In this document: positions 6,510 through 17,600 of the stretch, piece after piece
Numbering within the stretch: position 1 is the first letter of the stretch
How the letters are laid out: the number at the start of each line of letters is the position of its first letter
Source: Bacteroidales bacterium
GTDB lineage: Bacteria; Bacteroidota; Bacteroidia; Bacteroidales; UBA12077
DNA length: 18,365 bases
Assembly: GCA_028282585.1 (NCBI GenBank)
Contig: JANQHR010000170.1
Location: forward strand, 1 to 18,365
Reading direction: 5' to 3'
Position numbers and translations under genes: made by a program
Notes under the pieces: generated by a model
Database searches by the model: none
Told to the model about the DNA's origin: nothing
What the model saw: only the letters and a program-made list of their open reading frames with translations

Positions 6510-7439
6510 ATGAAAATAAAGAATCAACATACAGGTAAGCATTCGGAAAAAAACGGCATACCAAGCGAAAAAGAAATGCTTGAAACATGGGAGAATTACA
6601 CCAAACATAAGAATGATTTTCCTAAACCCGATTTGGACTCCTTATGGGATAAAACAACCGAAGAAATCGGGTGGAAAAAAAGAAGGATCGGTTTTTTTCG
6701 AAACTCTTTTTTTCGTTATGCTGCTGCTATTTTACTACCAGTTCTTGTTATTGGTAGCGGGGTATATTTTTCAGTAATAAAAATAAACAACAGCCTAAAT
6801 TATGCCAGTTACGAATCTCCTGCCGGAGAGCGATCGAAGATAGAGTTACCGGATGGATCAACTATTTGGTTGCAACCAAACAGCAAAATAAAATACCCAA
6901 AGGAGTTCAAAGCAGATTTAAGAGAAATAGAGTTCTCCGGCCAGGGATATTTCGATATTCAAGAAAACCCGGAAATACCTTTTGTTGTTCATATTGATAA
7001 TATGAATGTGACTGTTTTGGGCACCCAATTTTATATTAAAGCCAATCAGAGCAATGATTTAATTGAAACAGGATTGATATCGGGGAAAGTGAAAATTAGC
7101 ACATCAAGGATTGAAAGAATTTTATCACCCAATAATGTTTTGGTTTATTCTAAATCTTTGAAGGATATCAAAGAATCTAAAGATCTACTGAATAATAAAT
7201 TCCATTGGGATAATGGAAGTATTGTTTTTGAAAATTGCAGGTTTGTGGATGTATTAACGGAAATTTCCGATTGGTATGATATTGATCTGGAAATAAATCC
7301 TGAACTTGAATTAGATACCAGAATAACGCTTACGATAAGAGAGGAGTCAATAAATGAGATTTTGGAAATTCTTAAAATAATTGTACCTTTTGAATTTCAC
7401 AAAAAGCAGGATAAAATAGTTGTAAGTACTATTTCTTGA
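6510..7439 (+). CDS. FecR-family anti-sigma factor
   Basis: Single transmembrane segment YAAAILLPVLVIGSGVYF, plus GERSKIELPDGSTIWL, GQGYFDI, PFVV and VLGTQF, and a C-terminal domain (W..GSIVFEN..ISDWYDIDL). It lies between the ECF sigma and the TonB-dependent receptor. Confidence 0.95.
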   Translation: MKIKNQHTGKHSEKNGIPSEKEMLETWENYTKHKNDFPKPDLDSLWDKTTEEIGWKKRRIGFFRNSFFRYAAAILLPVLVIGSGVYFSVIKINNSLNYASYESPAGERSKIELPDGSTIWLQPNSKIKYPKEFKADLREIEFSGQGYFDIQENPEIPFVVHIDNMNVTVLGTQFYIKANQSNDLIETGLISGKVKISTSRIERILSPNNVLVYSKSLKDIKESKDLLNNKFHWDNGSIVFENCRFVDVLTEISDWYDIDLEINPELELDTRITLTIREESINEILEILKIIVPFEFHKKQDKIVVSTIS

Positions 7440-7476
7440 GCGATATAGCTCCATAAGTTTTATTAATTTCTAAATA

Positions 7477-10400
7477 ATGAACCTAAATAATCAATTTAAG
7501 TTTTGGCCGATTATTTTGATGTTCAGTATTCTATTCTTCCAATCCAAGGCCCAGGAAAACGTATCAGTAAAGCTTAGAAATGACAGCCTGAAGGAGTTGT
7601 TTACCTCTCTTGAAAATCAAACAGAGTATACGTTTGTTTATAGTAACGACGATATTGATGTATCGCAAAGAATTACTTACAGAAAAAAGAACATTGAATT
7701 AACTGAATTGCTCCATGAGGTTTTTACAAAAAAAGATATTAATTTTCGACTAATCGGAAAGCAAATTATATTAACAAAAAAGATTCCCGAGCCGATACCT
7801 AAGGAACTAAAAACAACAAGCGGAACAGTCCGAAATAAATCCGATGATCTCCCACTTCCCGGTGTTAATGTGATTGTTAAAAACACAACTATAGGTACAA
7901 GTACAGATATTAACGGAACTTTCAGTTTTAAAATACCGGGAGATAGTAACGTCCTGGTATTTTCGTTTTTAGGCTTCAAAACTTTCGAATTAAATACGCT
8001 GGATCAGAATAACTTTAATATCCTGCTTGAAGAGGAACCGCAACTTATTGATGAAGTTATTGTTGTTGGGTATGGAAAAGAAAGTAAAACTAATTTATCC
8101 AGCTCGGTAAGCGATATAAGAGCCGAAAAAATCGGTGAAATTTTTACCTCAAATCTGTCTGAATCGATTAACGGCAAGTTAACCGGAATTCTTGTCAACC
8201 AAAATTCAGGAACACCAGGCGCAGCAACAACTTTAAGAATCCGGGGAATAAGTTCCATAACCGCAGGTGCGGACCCTCTGTATATTATTGATGGAGTTCC
8301 CGTTATTGCAATGGATCTTAGTCAAATATATTTTAACGGACAAGGAGTAAATACCATTTCTGATTTAAACCTGCCCGATATTGAATCTATTTCTATACTA
8401 AAAGACGCTTCTGCTACAGCAATATATGGTGCCAGAGGATCAAACGGAGTTGTTTTAATTACCACTAAACGCGGAAATGGAGAGGATTCTTTTATAAGAT
8501 TTAATGCGAAATATGGTTTACAGCAAGTAGCAAAGACCTATGGTATGCTTAATGCAGAAGAGTTTATGCGCTATAAAAACAACGCAGCCGAAAATAGTGG
8601 CGGTATTGCCGTATATTCCGAAGAAGATATTCTTAACAATAAATATGATACGGACTGGCAGAATGAGTTATACCGGATTGCTCCCGTGGAATCATACGAT
8701 TTAGCTTTCTCCGGAGGTACACATACAACCAGGTATTATTTAACCGGTAGCTATTTTAATCAGTCAGGGATTGTTGAAGGAACTGATTATAAAAGAATAA
8801 GCAGTAGAATTAACCTTGATCATAAATTCTCAAATCGTTTAAATCTGGGTGCGAGTATTTCCATTAACCGGGCTGTAAATAACAGAAAAGAAGGCGATCA
8901 ATCGCTAAACGGGCCGGTTCCAAATGCAATTTCATTACCTCCAATTTACCCTGTTTATAATAATGATGGAAGCTTTAACGAAGACGGACCGCTCGCTAAT
9001 CCGGTTTCCATAGCCAAACAGCACACAAACATAGCCTACTCATGGCATACTTATGGAAATACATTCCTGGATTTTAAGTTATTTAAAAACTTAATCTATA
9101 AAGTAAAATTCGGAGTAGATTATGTTAATTTCAGGGAACATACCTACGACCCTGCAACCACAAGGCAAGGCGCCAAATATCAAGGCTTAGGAATTGAATC
9201 AACTTCCGAAGCCCTTAAAACGCTCTTTAGTAATATCATAAATTACTCAACTATTATTAATGAAAAGCATAGCATTGATGTTGTTGCCGGTTATGAAATA
9301 GATAATGAACAGGTTAGTTCCACTTTTATGCGAGGTGAAACTTTTGCCAGTGAAAAATTGGAATATTTAGCCAGCGCAGTGGAAAAAGTATCTGCTGAAG
9401 CTTATTTTGAAGAATCTATTATCAATTCATTTTTGGGTAGGATCAAATATAAACTCAACAACAAATACATAGCAACGTTCAATGCACGTTACGATGGTTC
9501 ATCACGCTTCAGCAAGCAAAATCGTTATGGTTTTTTCCCCTCCGGTGATATCGCATGGAAAATATCAAAAGAAAATTTTTTTACTATTAACTTCGTAGAT
9601 GATTTAAAGATACGATCGAGCTATGGTGTTACCGGAAATGACAAAATACCTGAATTTCTTTATATTGCGCAATTCGGCGCCTCGGAATATGCCGGATCTC
9701 CTACTATTTATCCGGTTAATATATCCAATCCTTCATTAAAATGGGAAACTACAAAGCAATTCAACATTGGTATTGATTTATCCATTTTAAAAAGCAGGAT
9801 AGCACTAACTGCAGATTATTATCACAAAAAAACAGAAGATTTATTGTTGGAAAATCCTATCCCACCATCATCGGGATATGAAGAAATAATAACCAATACC
9901 GGGAAACTTGAAAATAAAGGTTTAGAATTAAATTTGAAATCTTTAAATATGAACCGCAGTTTTCGTTGGGAAAGCGAATTAAATATTTCGTTTAACCGAA
10001 ATGAGGTTACAAAGCTATATAATAATCAACCCATAGATAATATTGGCAGAGGCTATCAACGAATCGAAGCGGGTGAACCTATCGGAATTTTTTATGGTTA
10101 TAATTCTCTGGGTGTTGATCCGTCAACCGGCGATTTGATCTTTGAAGATGTTAATCAAAATGGTTTAATTGATATAAATGACAGAACAAAAATTGGCAAT
10201 CCTCATGCAAAATTTCTGGGTGGTTTTTCAAACATTTGGACCTATAAAAATTTCGAATTAAACTTGTTTTTGCAGTTTTCGTATGGAAATGACGTATTTA
10301 ACGGCACGCGCCGGTATATTGAATCCATGAAGGATGCTAACAATCAAACTACGGCTATTTTGGACCGCTGGCAAGAACCTGGCGATATTACGGATATCCC

Positions 10401-10707
10401 AAGGGCTACCAATTCCGATCCAAATGAGAATAACAGGGTTTCATCAAGGTATATTGAGGATGGGTCTTTTATTAAGTTTAAAACACTAAGGTTGTCTTAC
10501 AATCTTGATGAAAACTTTACAAACAGATTAAATATCAATGCGATTAATGTATTTATTTTAGCTCAAAACTTGTTTACGCTTACGAATTACAGCGGTTTGG
10601 ATCCTGAAGTAAATTATGCGGGTGCAGATGTAATTAGATCAGGTGTGGAGTTTTTCACATACCCTTCCGCTAAAATATATTCTGCCGGTTTATCTATTAA
10701 ATTCTAA
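7477..10707 (+). CDS. susC: SusC/RagA-family TonB-dependent transporter with an N-terminal STN signalling domain (transducer)
   Basis: Signal peptide ..SKA|Q, STN-like SLKELFTSLENQTEYTFVY, carboxypeptidase-regulatory-like PLPGVNVIVK..GTSTDING, EVIVVGYG, plug motifs PLYIIDG and DIESISILKDASATAIYGARGSNGVVLITTKRG, LKWETT, YSGLDPE, and a terminal Phe. Confidence 0.96.
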   Translation: MNLNNQFKFWPIILMFSILFFQSKAQENVSVKLRNDSLKELFTSLENQTEYTFVYSNDDIDVSQRITYRKKNIELTELLHEVFTKKDINFRLIGKQIILTKKIPEPIPKELKTTSGTVRNKSDDLPLPGVNVIVKNTTIGTSTDINGTFSFKIPGDSNVLVFSFLGFKTFELNTLDQNNFNILLEEEPQLIDEVIVVGYGKESKTNLSSSVSDIRAEKIGEIFTSNLSESINGKLTGILVNQNSGTPGAATTLRIRGISSITAGADPLYIIDGVPVIAMDLSQIYFNGQGVNTISDLNLPDIESISILKDASATAIYGARGSNGVVLITTKRGNGEDSFIRFNAKYGLQQVAKTYGMLNAEEFMRYKNNAAENSGGIAVYSEEDILNNKYDTDWQNELYRIAPVESYDLAFSGGTHTTRYYLTGSYFNQSGIVEGTDYKRISSRINLDHKFSNRLNLGASISINRAVNNRKEGDQSLNGPVPNAISLPPIYPVYNNDGSFNEDGPLANPVSIAKQHTNIAYSWHTYGNTFLDFKLFKNLIYKVKFGVDYVNFREHTYDPATTRQGAKYQGLGIESTSEALKTLFSNIINYSTIINEKHSIDVVAGYEIDNEQVSSTFMRGETFASEKLEYLASAVEKVSAEAYFEESIINSFLGRIKYKLNNKYIATFNARYDGSSRFSKQNRYGFFPSGDIAWKISKENFFTINFVDDLKIRSSYGVTGNDKIPEFLYIAQFGASEYAGSPTIYPVNISNPSLKWETTKQFNIGIDLSILKSRIALTADYYHKKTEDLLLENPIPPSSGYEEIITNTGKLENKGLELNLKSLNMNRSFRWESELNISFNRNEVTKLYNNQPIDNIGRGYQRIEAGEPIGIFYGYNSLGVDPSTGDLIFEDVNQNGLIDINDRTKIGNPHAKFLGGFSNIWTYKNFELNLFLQFSYGNDVFNGTRRYIESMKDANNQTTAILDRWQEPGDITDIPRATNSDPNENNRVSSRYIEDGSFIKFKTLRLSYNLDENFTNRLNINAINVFILAQNLFTLTNYSGLDPEVNYAGADVIRSGVEFFTYPSAKIYSAGLSIKF

Positions 10708-10717
10708 AAACCAGAAA

Positions 10718-12001
10718 ATGAAAAACAAATTATTAATCATATTATTCATCATTTTTTCAGGCTGTGAGGGAATTCTTGAATTGCAACCGACCGATTCGAT
10801 AAGTTCTGATATTGCTATTTTAAACGAAACTGATTTACAAAATACAATCAGAGGATGCTATGATGCACTGCAATTTGATGGTTACTACGGGCGATTAATG
10901 ATTGTAATTGGAGATATTGGGTCTGACAATGCTTTCAATGGTGGTACAATTTTAGAATATGACCAATTTAACAAAAATAGTGTAGAGCAAGATAACAGGT
11001 TTTTGGAAGATATCTGGACAACTCCTTACATTGCCATAAACAGGTGTAATACAGCTATTTTTCACACAAACAACTTTGATCAAATAACGGAAACCAAAAG
11101 AAATGAATATCTTGCCGAACTTCGATTTTTAAGAGCATTAAATTACTTTAACTTAACGCGTTTATTTAAGGATCTTCCGTTAAAATTAGAACCTACATTG
11201 GATACGGAAGATCTTAATGTGCCATTATCCGGTCAAAATATAATTTATGAGCAAATATTGGAAGATTTGAACTTTGCCAATAATAAAATTGCGAATACAG
11301 ATCCGTATTATGCTACGGACCTTGCTGTAAAAACGTTACTAGCTAAAGTTTACCTGGAAATCAGGGATTATGAAAAAGCTAATGATTTTGCAGAGCTTGT
11401 TATTTCAAGTGATAAAGAACTTCTTGAATCTTTTGATGAGTTATTTACCATCGAACATAATTCCGAGTCAATTTTTGAATTAAGTTTTACAGAAATTTTA
11501 ACTGATAAGAACAGGCTGGCAGAATACTGCTATCCTACCAATTTAGGAGGTAGATACGAAATAGCTCCTGAGATTAATTTAATTAACTCTTTTGAAGATG
11601 AAGATACCAGAAAGGATTTATTTTTGGGAAATACCCCGTATTGTAACAAATATGAAAGTCTTGCTTCCGGTGCCGATAATGTTTATATTTTTCGTTTAGC
11701 CGAGCTATACCTGATTCGTGCTGAAGCAAATGCACGATTGCAAAGGAATTTAACTGAAATTAATAATGATATAAATAGAATTAGGCTCAGAGCAGGTTTA
11801 AATAATATATTCTCCAGTTCGTACAGCGAATTACTGGACTTTATTGAATCTGAACGCCAACACGAATTTGCCTTTGAAGGACACAGAAGATTCGATTTGG
11901 TGAGAACCGGTAAAGCTTCTTTTGTTTTAGGTATTTCCGAAGAAGATTATTATTTTCCTATTCCATTATCGGAAATTAATACAAACAATCAAATCGATTA
12001 G
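10718..12001 (+). CDS. susD: RagB/SusD-family lipoprotein
   Basis: The start was moved to the ATG at 10718, giving lipobox MKNKLLIILFIIFSG|C. Motifs AELRFLRALNYFNL, FRLAELYLIRAEA, ERQHEFAFEGHRRFDLVR and FPIPLSEI. Confidence 0.95.
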   Translation: MKNKLLIILFIIFSGCEGILELQPTDSISSDIAILNETDLQNTIRGCYDALQFDGYYGRLMIVIGDIGSDNAFNGGTILEYDQFNKNSVEQDNRFLEDIWTTPYIAINRCNTAIFHTNNFDQITETKRNEYLAELRFLRALNYFNLTRLFKDLPLKLEPTLDTEDLNVPLSGQNIIYEQILEDLNFANNKIANTDPYYATDLAVKTLLAKVYLEIRDYEKANDFAELVISSDKELLESFDELFTIEHNSESIFELSFTEILTDKNRLAEYCYPTNLGGRYEIAPEINLINSFEDEDTRKDLFLGNTPYCNKYESLASGADNVYIFRLAELYLIRAEANARLQRNLTEINNDINRIRLRAGLNNIFSSSYSELLDFIESERQHEFAFEGHRRFDLVRTGKASFVLGISEEDYYFPIPLSEINTNNQID

Positions 12002-12006
12002 CCGCT

Positions 12007-13152
12007 ATGAAATTACAATTTGCTATAAGTACCGTGTTGATAATTCTTTTATTATCTTGTTCCAATGATGATTCTGGTTCTCCTACTCCTAGCACTCAAG
12101 CCAAATTTGTAGTTGAAATGGAAAATAATGGTATTGCACCGGCAAAGGTTAACTTTATTAATCAATCGGTAAATGCTTTAGATTATTTATGGGAATTTGG
12201 AACCGGAGAAATACTATTAACTATAAGTAAAGATACTATTTCATATGTATATGAAGATGCAGGAAGTTATACTATAACACTAAGTGTTGAATCACCTAAT
12301 CCGGAATTATATTATAATGTTTTGGAGTATGAAAAAACAATTGTAATAAGTGAAATACCGGTAAAGAGACTTTACTTTACCGATAGAGCAGAAAATAAAG
12401 TAAAATATATTGCTCTTGATGATAATTCTTTACCGGTAATAGAAGAATTTGAAAGCGCTACGTTAAACAAGCCTTATGGAATGCACATGGACACTACAAA
12501 CGGAAAATTATATGTTACCGATTATTCGGAGCAGGTAATGAATAGTTATAATTGGGATGGAACGGCACAGGAAATCTTAATGAATTCAAGCACTGAAAAT
12601 TTCGGGTCCCCGATCGGTATCATCGTAATTGGAAGTAAAATATATTGGGGAGAACCGGATGGTATTCATTGTGCCAATCTTGACGGATCAAATCCCCAGA
12701 TTTATATTCCAATATTGGGAGAATATCCACAAGATCTTACTTATGACCACATAAATAATGCTTTTTATTTTACGAATGACCTTGATCCTGAAAATGGCGG
12801 AATTTGGAAAGTCGATTTTGATGGTGGTAACTTAACGGAAATAATTCCTGATGTTTGGGGTGGAGCCATTGAAATTGATCCTGAAAATAACAGGCTGTAT
12901 TATTATATAGGTTATGAAGGAATGTATATATCGGGGCTAGATGGTAGTAATCCGATTTTATTTGATGCTTCAAATGCCGGAAAATGGGCATGGGGAATGG
13001 CTATTGATAAAGAAGGTGGTAAAATTTATTATCCAAATCGTGTGGATCTGACCATAATGAGAGCAAACCTGGACGGAAGTAATGTGGAGATTTTTATACC
13101 CTCCTCAGCAGATATTAATCCTAACGCAATGACGATTGATACATACAGATGA
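12007..13152 (+). CDS. Lipoprotein with a PKD domain and a six-bladed YWTD/LDL-receptor-class-B-like beta-propeller
   Basis: Lipobox LLLS|CSNDD. PKD-like VNFINQS..YLWEFGTG..YEDAGSYTITLSV. Repeats LYFTD, LYVTD, IYWGE, FYFTN, LYYYI and IYYPN, several followed by an (A)NLDGSN-like motif. Confidence 0.85.
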   Translation: MKLQFAISTVLIILLLSCSNDDSGSPTPSTQAKFVVEMENNGIAPAKVNFINQSVNALDYLWEFGTGEILLTISKDTISYVYEDAGSYTITLSVESPNPELYYNVLEYEKTIVISEIPVKRLYFTDRAENKVKYIALDDNSLPVIEEFESATLNKPYGMHMDTTNGKLYVTDYSEQVMNSYNWDGTAQEILMNSSTENFGSPIGIIVIGSKIYWGEPDGIHCANLDGSNPQIYIPILGEYPQDLTYDHINNAFYFTNDLDPENGGIWKVDFDGGNLTEIIPDVWGGAIEIDPENNRLYYYIGYEGMYISGLDGSNPILFDASNAGKWAWGMAIDKEGGKIYYPNRVDLTIMRANLDGSNVEIFIPSSADINPNAMTIDTYR

Positions 13153-13184
13153 AAAATGCTGTTGGAAAAAACCAACAGCATTTT
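13152..13184. terminator. Bidirectional intrinsic terminator between the convergent operons
   Basis: AAAAATGCTGTTGG-AAAAA-CCAACAGCATTTTT is a perfect 14-bp inverted repeat with T-tracts on both strands. Confidence 0.92.
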
Positions 13185-13201
13185 TATTTAAACCTTCAAA
13201 A

Positions 13202-14590
13202 TTATTCCTGATCCCACCAAAACCTATCTTGTAAATTCGGTAATGGTTTAGGAATGTTTGGATTATAAATTCTTTCACTTTGTGGATATGGTAACCTTCT
13301 TGGTATTTCTCCTCCGGGATTTTGATTATGATCTCCACCTTCGTTTGGAGTTAAAACCGGATAGCCAGTTCTTCGATAGTCGGTCCATGACTCAATACTG
13401 GCATACATAGCAATATATTTTTGCGTAATAATAGTTTCAAGATCATCATTAAAACTACCGGTTAAAATCACATTATCCGCAATGTATTGATTTATAATAG
13501 TGTCATGTATTGCATTACCCGACATTCTTTTCATATTCGCATAAACAGCTTCATTTAAAACATTTTGTACCTCAGGATCAATTGTATTTAACCTTAATCG
13601 TGCTTCTGCTTCGATAAATTTTTGCTCGAAAAAAGTCATTAAATGAACCGGTGATTCCGGTGAAGAATAATACCTGTTTTCAATATTTGACACACCGAAT
13701 TTCTTAATATAAAAAAGCGTATCCCTGGGATCATCCAGAATAAACATTAAAGAAGTAAAAAAATCATTTGGCTCAATATAACCTAATCTGGAATATGAAT
13801 AAAACGGACTTTGCTCAGATGCCGAATAACCATATTGGTATATCATATCATCTTCGTTTGACAACATTCCGTTTGTAACTGCATTCAAAGCTGCCTGGCT
13901 TGGGTTATAAGACAAATCAACTTCTCGCTTGGTTAAATGCATATAATATCTTGCTTTTAAAGCATAGGCTGTTTGTTTCCACTTAGCCATGTTACCTCCA
14001 AAAATCAAATCATCGGCTCCCGGTTTAATTCCCTCATTTTCCGTGTCAAAAGCAACAATTGCTTCATCCAATAATTGTTGAATAGTTTCATATATCAATT
14101 CTTGGGAATCATAGCGAGGATTTAAATTTGTAGAACTCTGTAATGCTTCAGAATATGGAACGTCTCCCCAAAGTGAAGTAACATTTCCTAAGCATAAAGC
14201 CATTAAAGTTTTTCCAATTCCAATGTAGTGAGGAACATAACCATTCTCCTCCGCAAACATCAACATTTGTTTTATATTGATCATTGGTCCATCATAATAA
14301 TCCTGAAAATTCCAGTCAGCATACAAAGCTTCATCAACAATATAATTTTGTACTGGTAATGGATGATTCTCAATGCCTTCATAATATTGAACAAATATTC
14401 CGCTCATAACTTGAGTAGTACCTATCATTAATCGGGCTAATGATTCTTGATTATAAGGAAGCAATACATTTACCGGTACTTCGGTTACATCATTTTTATT
14501 AACATTGGCTTCTTCTAATTCACAGGAATTAAACGAAATTATTATAAATGATGCAATCATTAAGAATGTATAATTTATTATCTTTTTCAT
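13202..14590 (-). CDS. susD: SusD/RagB-family lipoprotein (SusD-like_2 type)
   Basis: Lipobox ISFNS|C, LWGDVPYSEAL, PRYDSQELIY, IITQKYIAMY, ESWTDYRRTGYP, IPRRLPYPQSE and RFWWD. Confidence 0.94.
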   Translation of the reverse strand: MKKIINYTFLMIASFIIISFNSCELEEANVNKNDVTEVPVNVLLPYNQESLARLMIGTTQVMSGIFVQYYEGIENHPLPVQNYIVDEALYADWNFQDYYDGPMINIKQMLMFAEENGYVPHYIGIGKTLMALCLGNVTSLWGDVPYSEALQSSTNLNPRYDSQELIYETIQQLLDEAIVAFDTENEGIKPGADDLIFGGNMAKWKQTAYALKARYYMHLTKREVDLSYNPSQAALNAVTNGMLSNEDDMIYQYGYSASEQSPFYSYSRLGYIEPNDFFTSLMFILDDPRDTLFYIKKFGVSNIENRYYSSPESPVHLMTFFEQKFIEAEARLRLNTIDPEVQNVLNEAVYANMKRMSGNAIHDTIINQYIADNVILTGSFNDDLETIITQKYIAMYASIESWTDYRRTGYPVLTPNEGGDHNQNPGGEIPRRLPYPQSERIYNPNIPKPLPNLQDRFWWDQE

Positions 14591-14607
14591 TTTTAATCTA
14601 TTTATTA

Positions 14608-17600
14608 TTAAAAGTTAACAAGAAGATTAATTTCATAACTTCGCGTATTTGGCATATTAAAATAATCGCGGCCCAAACTGTTTGAAGCGCCTGATAAATT
14701 CGTTTCAGGGTCGATTCCCGAATAATCGGTGAATAATAATAAGTTTCTTCCACTCAACCCAATACTTAAGTTGGATACAGGTATTTTTTCAAACCATTTT
14801 GAAGGTAAGTTATACGATAATGAAACTTCTCTTAAACGAATATACGACCCATCTTCAATATAGGCCTCTGATAGTCCTGCTAATCCACCTTGTCTGCTAT
14901 AATACGATCGGTCTCTTTTTACCGGCACTTCATTCGGCAGTCCGGTATTTACATTTACACCATCGAAAATAAAATCTTCATCGCGGTTTTCTGTATATTT
15001 ATGAGTTCCAAGGGATGTCATTACGCCACGTGTTCCGTTAAATACATCTCCACCCTCTTTTATATCAATTACAGCGGTTAAACTTAAGCCTTTATAAGAA
15101 AAAGTATTTCTAAGCCCCATTATAAAATCAGGATTTGGATCACCAACAATACCGGCCTCAGTATCAATTAAAGGATACCCTTCATCATCCACTAATACAT
15201 CGCCATTTTCGTTTCTCAAAAACCTTCCGCCATATATTACTCCAAAAGGTTCGCCTTCGATTGCAACGGAGCGGGTGCTGCTTAATCCTGTAGTTGGGAA
15301 CTCAAATAGCGGAATCTCTTCTGGTAAATCCTCTACAATGTTTTTGTTTTTTGAAAAATTAACCGTTAAATCCCAGATAAAATCTTTAGTTTCAACAGGA
15401 GTTGCATACATCTGTATTTCAAATCCTTTATTTGAAATAATACCAGAGTTTAATACCATTTGCGGATATCCGGATGAGCTTGGAATATTTGCATCAATAA
15501 TTTGATTATCACTTTCAGAATGATAATAAGCAAAATCAACTCCTAACCTGTTTTGAAAAAATTTAAGCTCAACTCCTGCTTCATAAGATATTGTTTCTTC
15601 GGGATTAATTCCATTATTTCCAATCAACCCCCTTGTTCTGTAAGCAACCTGTCCTTGAATACCACCGTCAATAGCCTGAAAGTAATTCTGTAAACTATAA
15701 GGATCGGCGTCATATCCTCCCCTTGCGACAGATGCTCTTAATTTACCAAAACTAAAAAAAGGTATTCTTTCTTTAAAACGAAAGGCTTCGGAAAATATAA
15801 AGCTCAAATTCACGGAAGGATAATCAAACCAGTTTTTACTTGCAGGTAAAGTCGAAGACCAGTCTATTCTGTAAGTGGTATTAAAGTATAAATAATCGTT
15901 ATAAGATAATCTAATATCGTAATATGCACCTACTCTTTTATACTGAGACTCTGAATCGTCGCCAGCCGACTCTTCGGTATTCGAAATATCGTAATAGTTT
16001 GGTAAAACAAATTTATCACCTCGCTGATATATATAATATGTGTTTCTTGTAACATAATTATTACCTAACAAGGCTGTTAAGTTTAGCTTATCTGTAATAT
16101 CTTTTTCTAAAGTTAAGATTAAGTCGGAGTTGGTTGATTGAAATTCATAAGTACTAATATTTATATACCCATCAGGAGTATCACTTGAATTATTATCCAA
16201 ATAATTGCTTCTTTTATCGGTGTAATAATCCAATCCCAAACGATACATAATGTTTAACCATGGAGTAAATTTGTAATCAATCTGCGTATTACCCATCAAT
16301 CTGTTAACTGTTGAAAAAGCCTTATTTTTATTTATGGACCAATACGGATTATCATAGTTTGGAAAGTAATTTCGTTGTGTACCATCTGGTAACATATATG
16401 CGCTTTCGTCGTTAACCGGATCGCCAGATCCGTTCGTAATGTCAAATGTTGGTGTAACGCGCATCAAACCAACCATAACAGCAGATAAATTGCTTCCCTT
16501 TTGCATAAAAGTACCATCTGAATTAGCATAAGTGGCTTTCCCTGCAATTTTAAGCTTTTCACTTATTTGCATATCACCATTAATTTTAAAGGTTGTACGT
16601 TTAAACTCGCTATTAGGAACAATACCCGATTGATTTACATGTCCTGTAGAAATATGAAAATTACCCTTTTCATCACCTCCGCTCATGCTTAGGTAAGTAT
16701 CACTTTTAATTGCAGTCTGGAAAAAATCATTCACGTTTTCATATGGAACAACGCGCTGAGAAGTTGCCGTTGGGTCACTCATACCGACTATTCTTCCATT
16801 TTGATCCAACAAATAATCGGTGGCACCATCATAACGTAAAGTGTCAATTAGTGGCCCCCAGCTTGTATTCACCGTACTTGAATATTCAACAGCTCCCGTT
16901 GATGTATTATAAAATCCCTGCGCATATCTATATTGCTTTTCCGGTAATTTATTAACTTCATCAAAGCCAATAGAAGTTCTAAAAGTTATTTGTTTTCTAT
17001 CAGTTCCTCTCCCCTCACCTGATTTTGTTGTGATAATAATGGCACCATTTGCTGCCATTATACCATATAATGCAGTTGCTGTTGCTCCTTTAAGTACAGT
17101 TACTGATTCGATATCATTAGGATTTATATCAATTGCCCGGTTCGAATGATCAACATAATACGACCCGTCATAACTGTTATCTACAGGTACACCATCAACC
17201 ACAAACAAAGGCGAATTCGATCTTCCAAGCGAAGTTCTTCCCCTGATTACAATATTAGAAGAAGCGCCCGGAGTACCTGATGAGCTGGTAATTTCAACAC
17301 CGGCAACCTTAGAACTTAATGAATTAACAATATTAGGCTGGCTGGTTGCAATTAATTCATCTCCTTTTACCTCCTGGGCCGAATAACCTAATGATTTTTT
17401 CTCTCTTTTAATACCAATCGCTGTTACAATAACTTCATCCAAAGATTTTGTATCCGGCCTTAAATCCATATTAATAATAGTTTGAGGGCCAACAGTCATC
17501 TCCTCTTTTATATAGCCAACGTAACTATATATAAGGATATCTTCGACAGAAGTAACAAAAACGGAATAATTACCATCTATATCCGTTGTTGTTCCTATGG

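Noticed and set aside
10643-10717. Longer SusD start at 10643
   Set aside because: It overlaps the susC 3' end. The ATG at 10718 gives a canonical lipoprotein signal.
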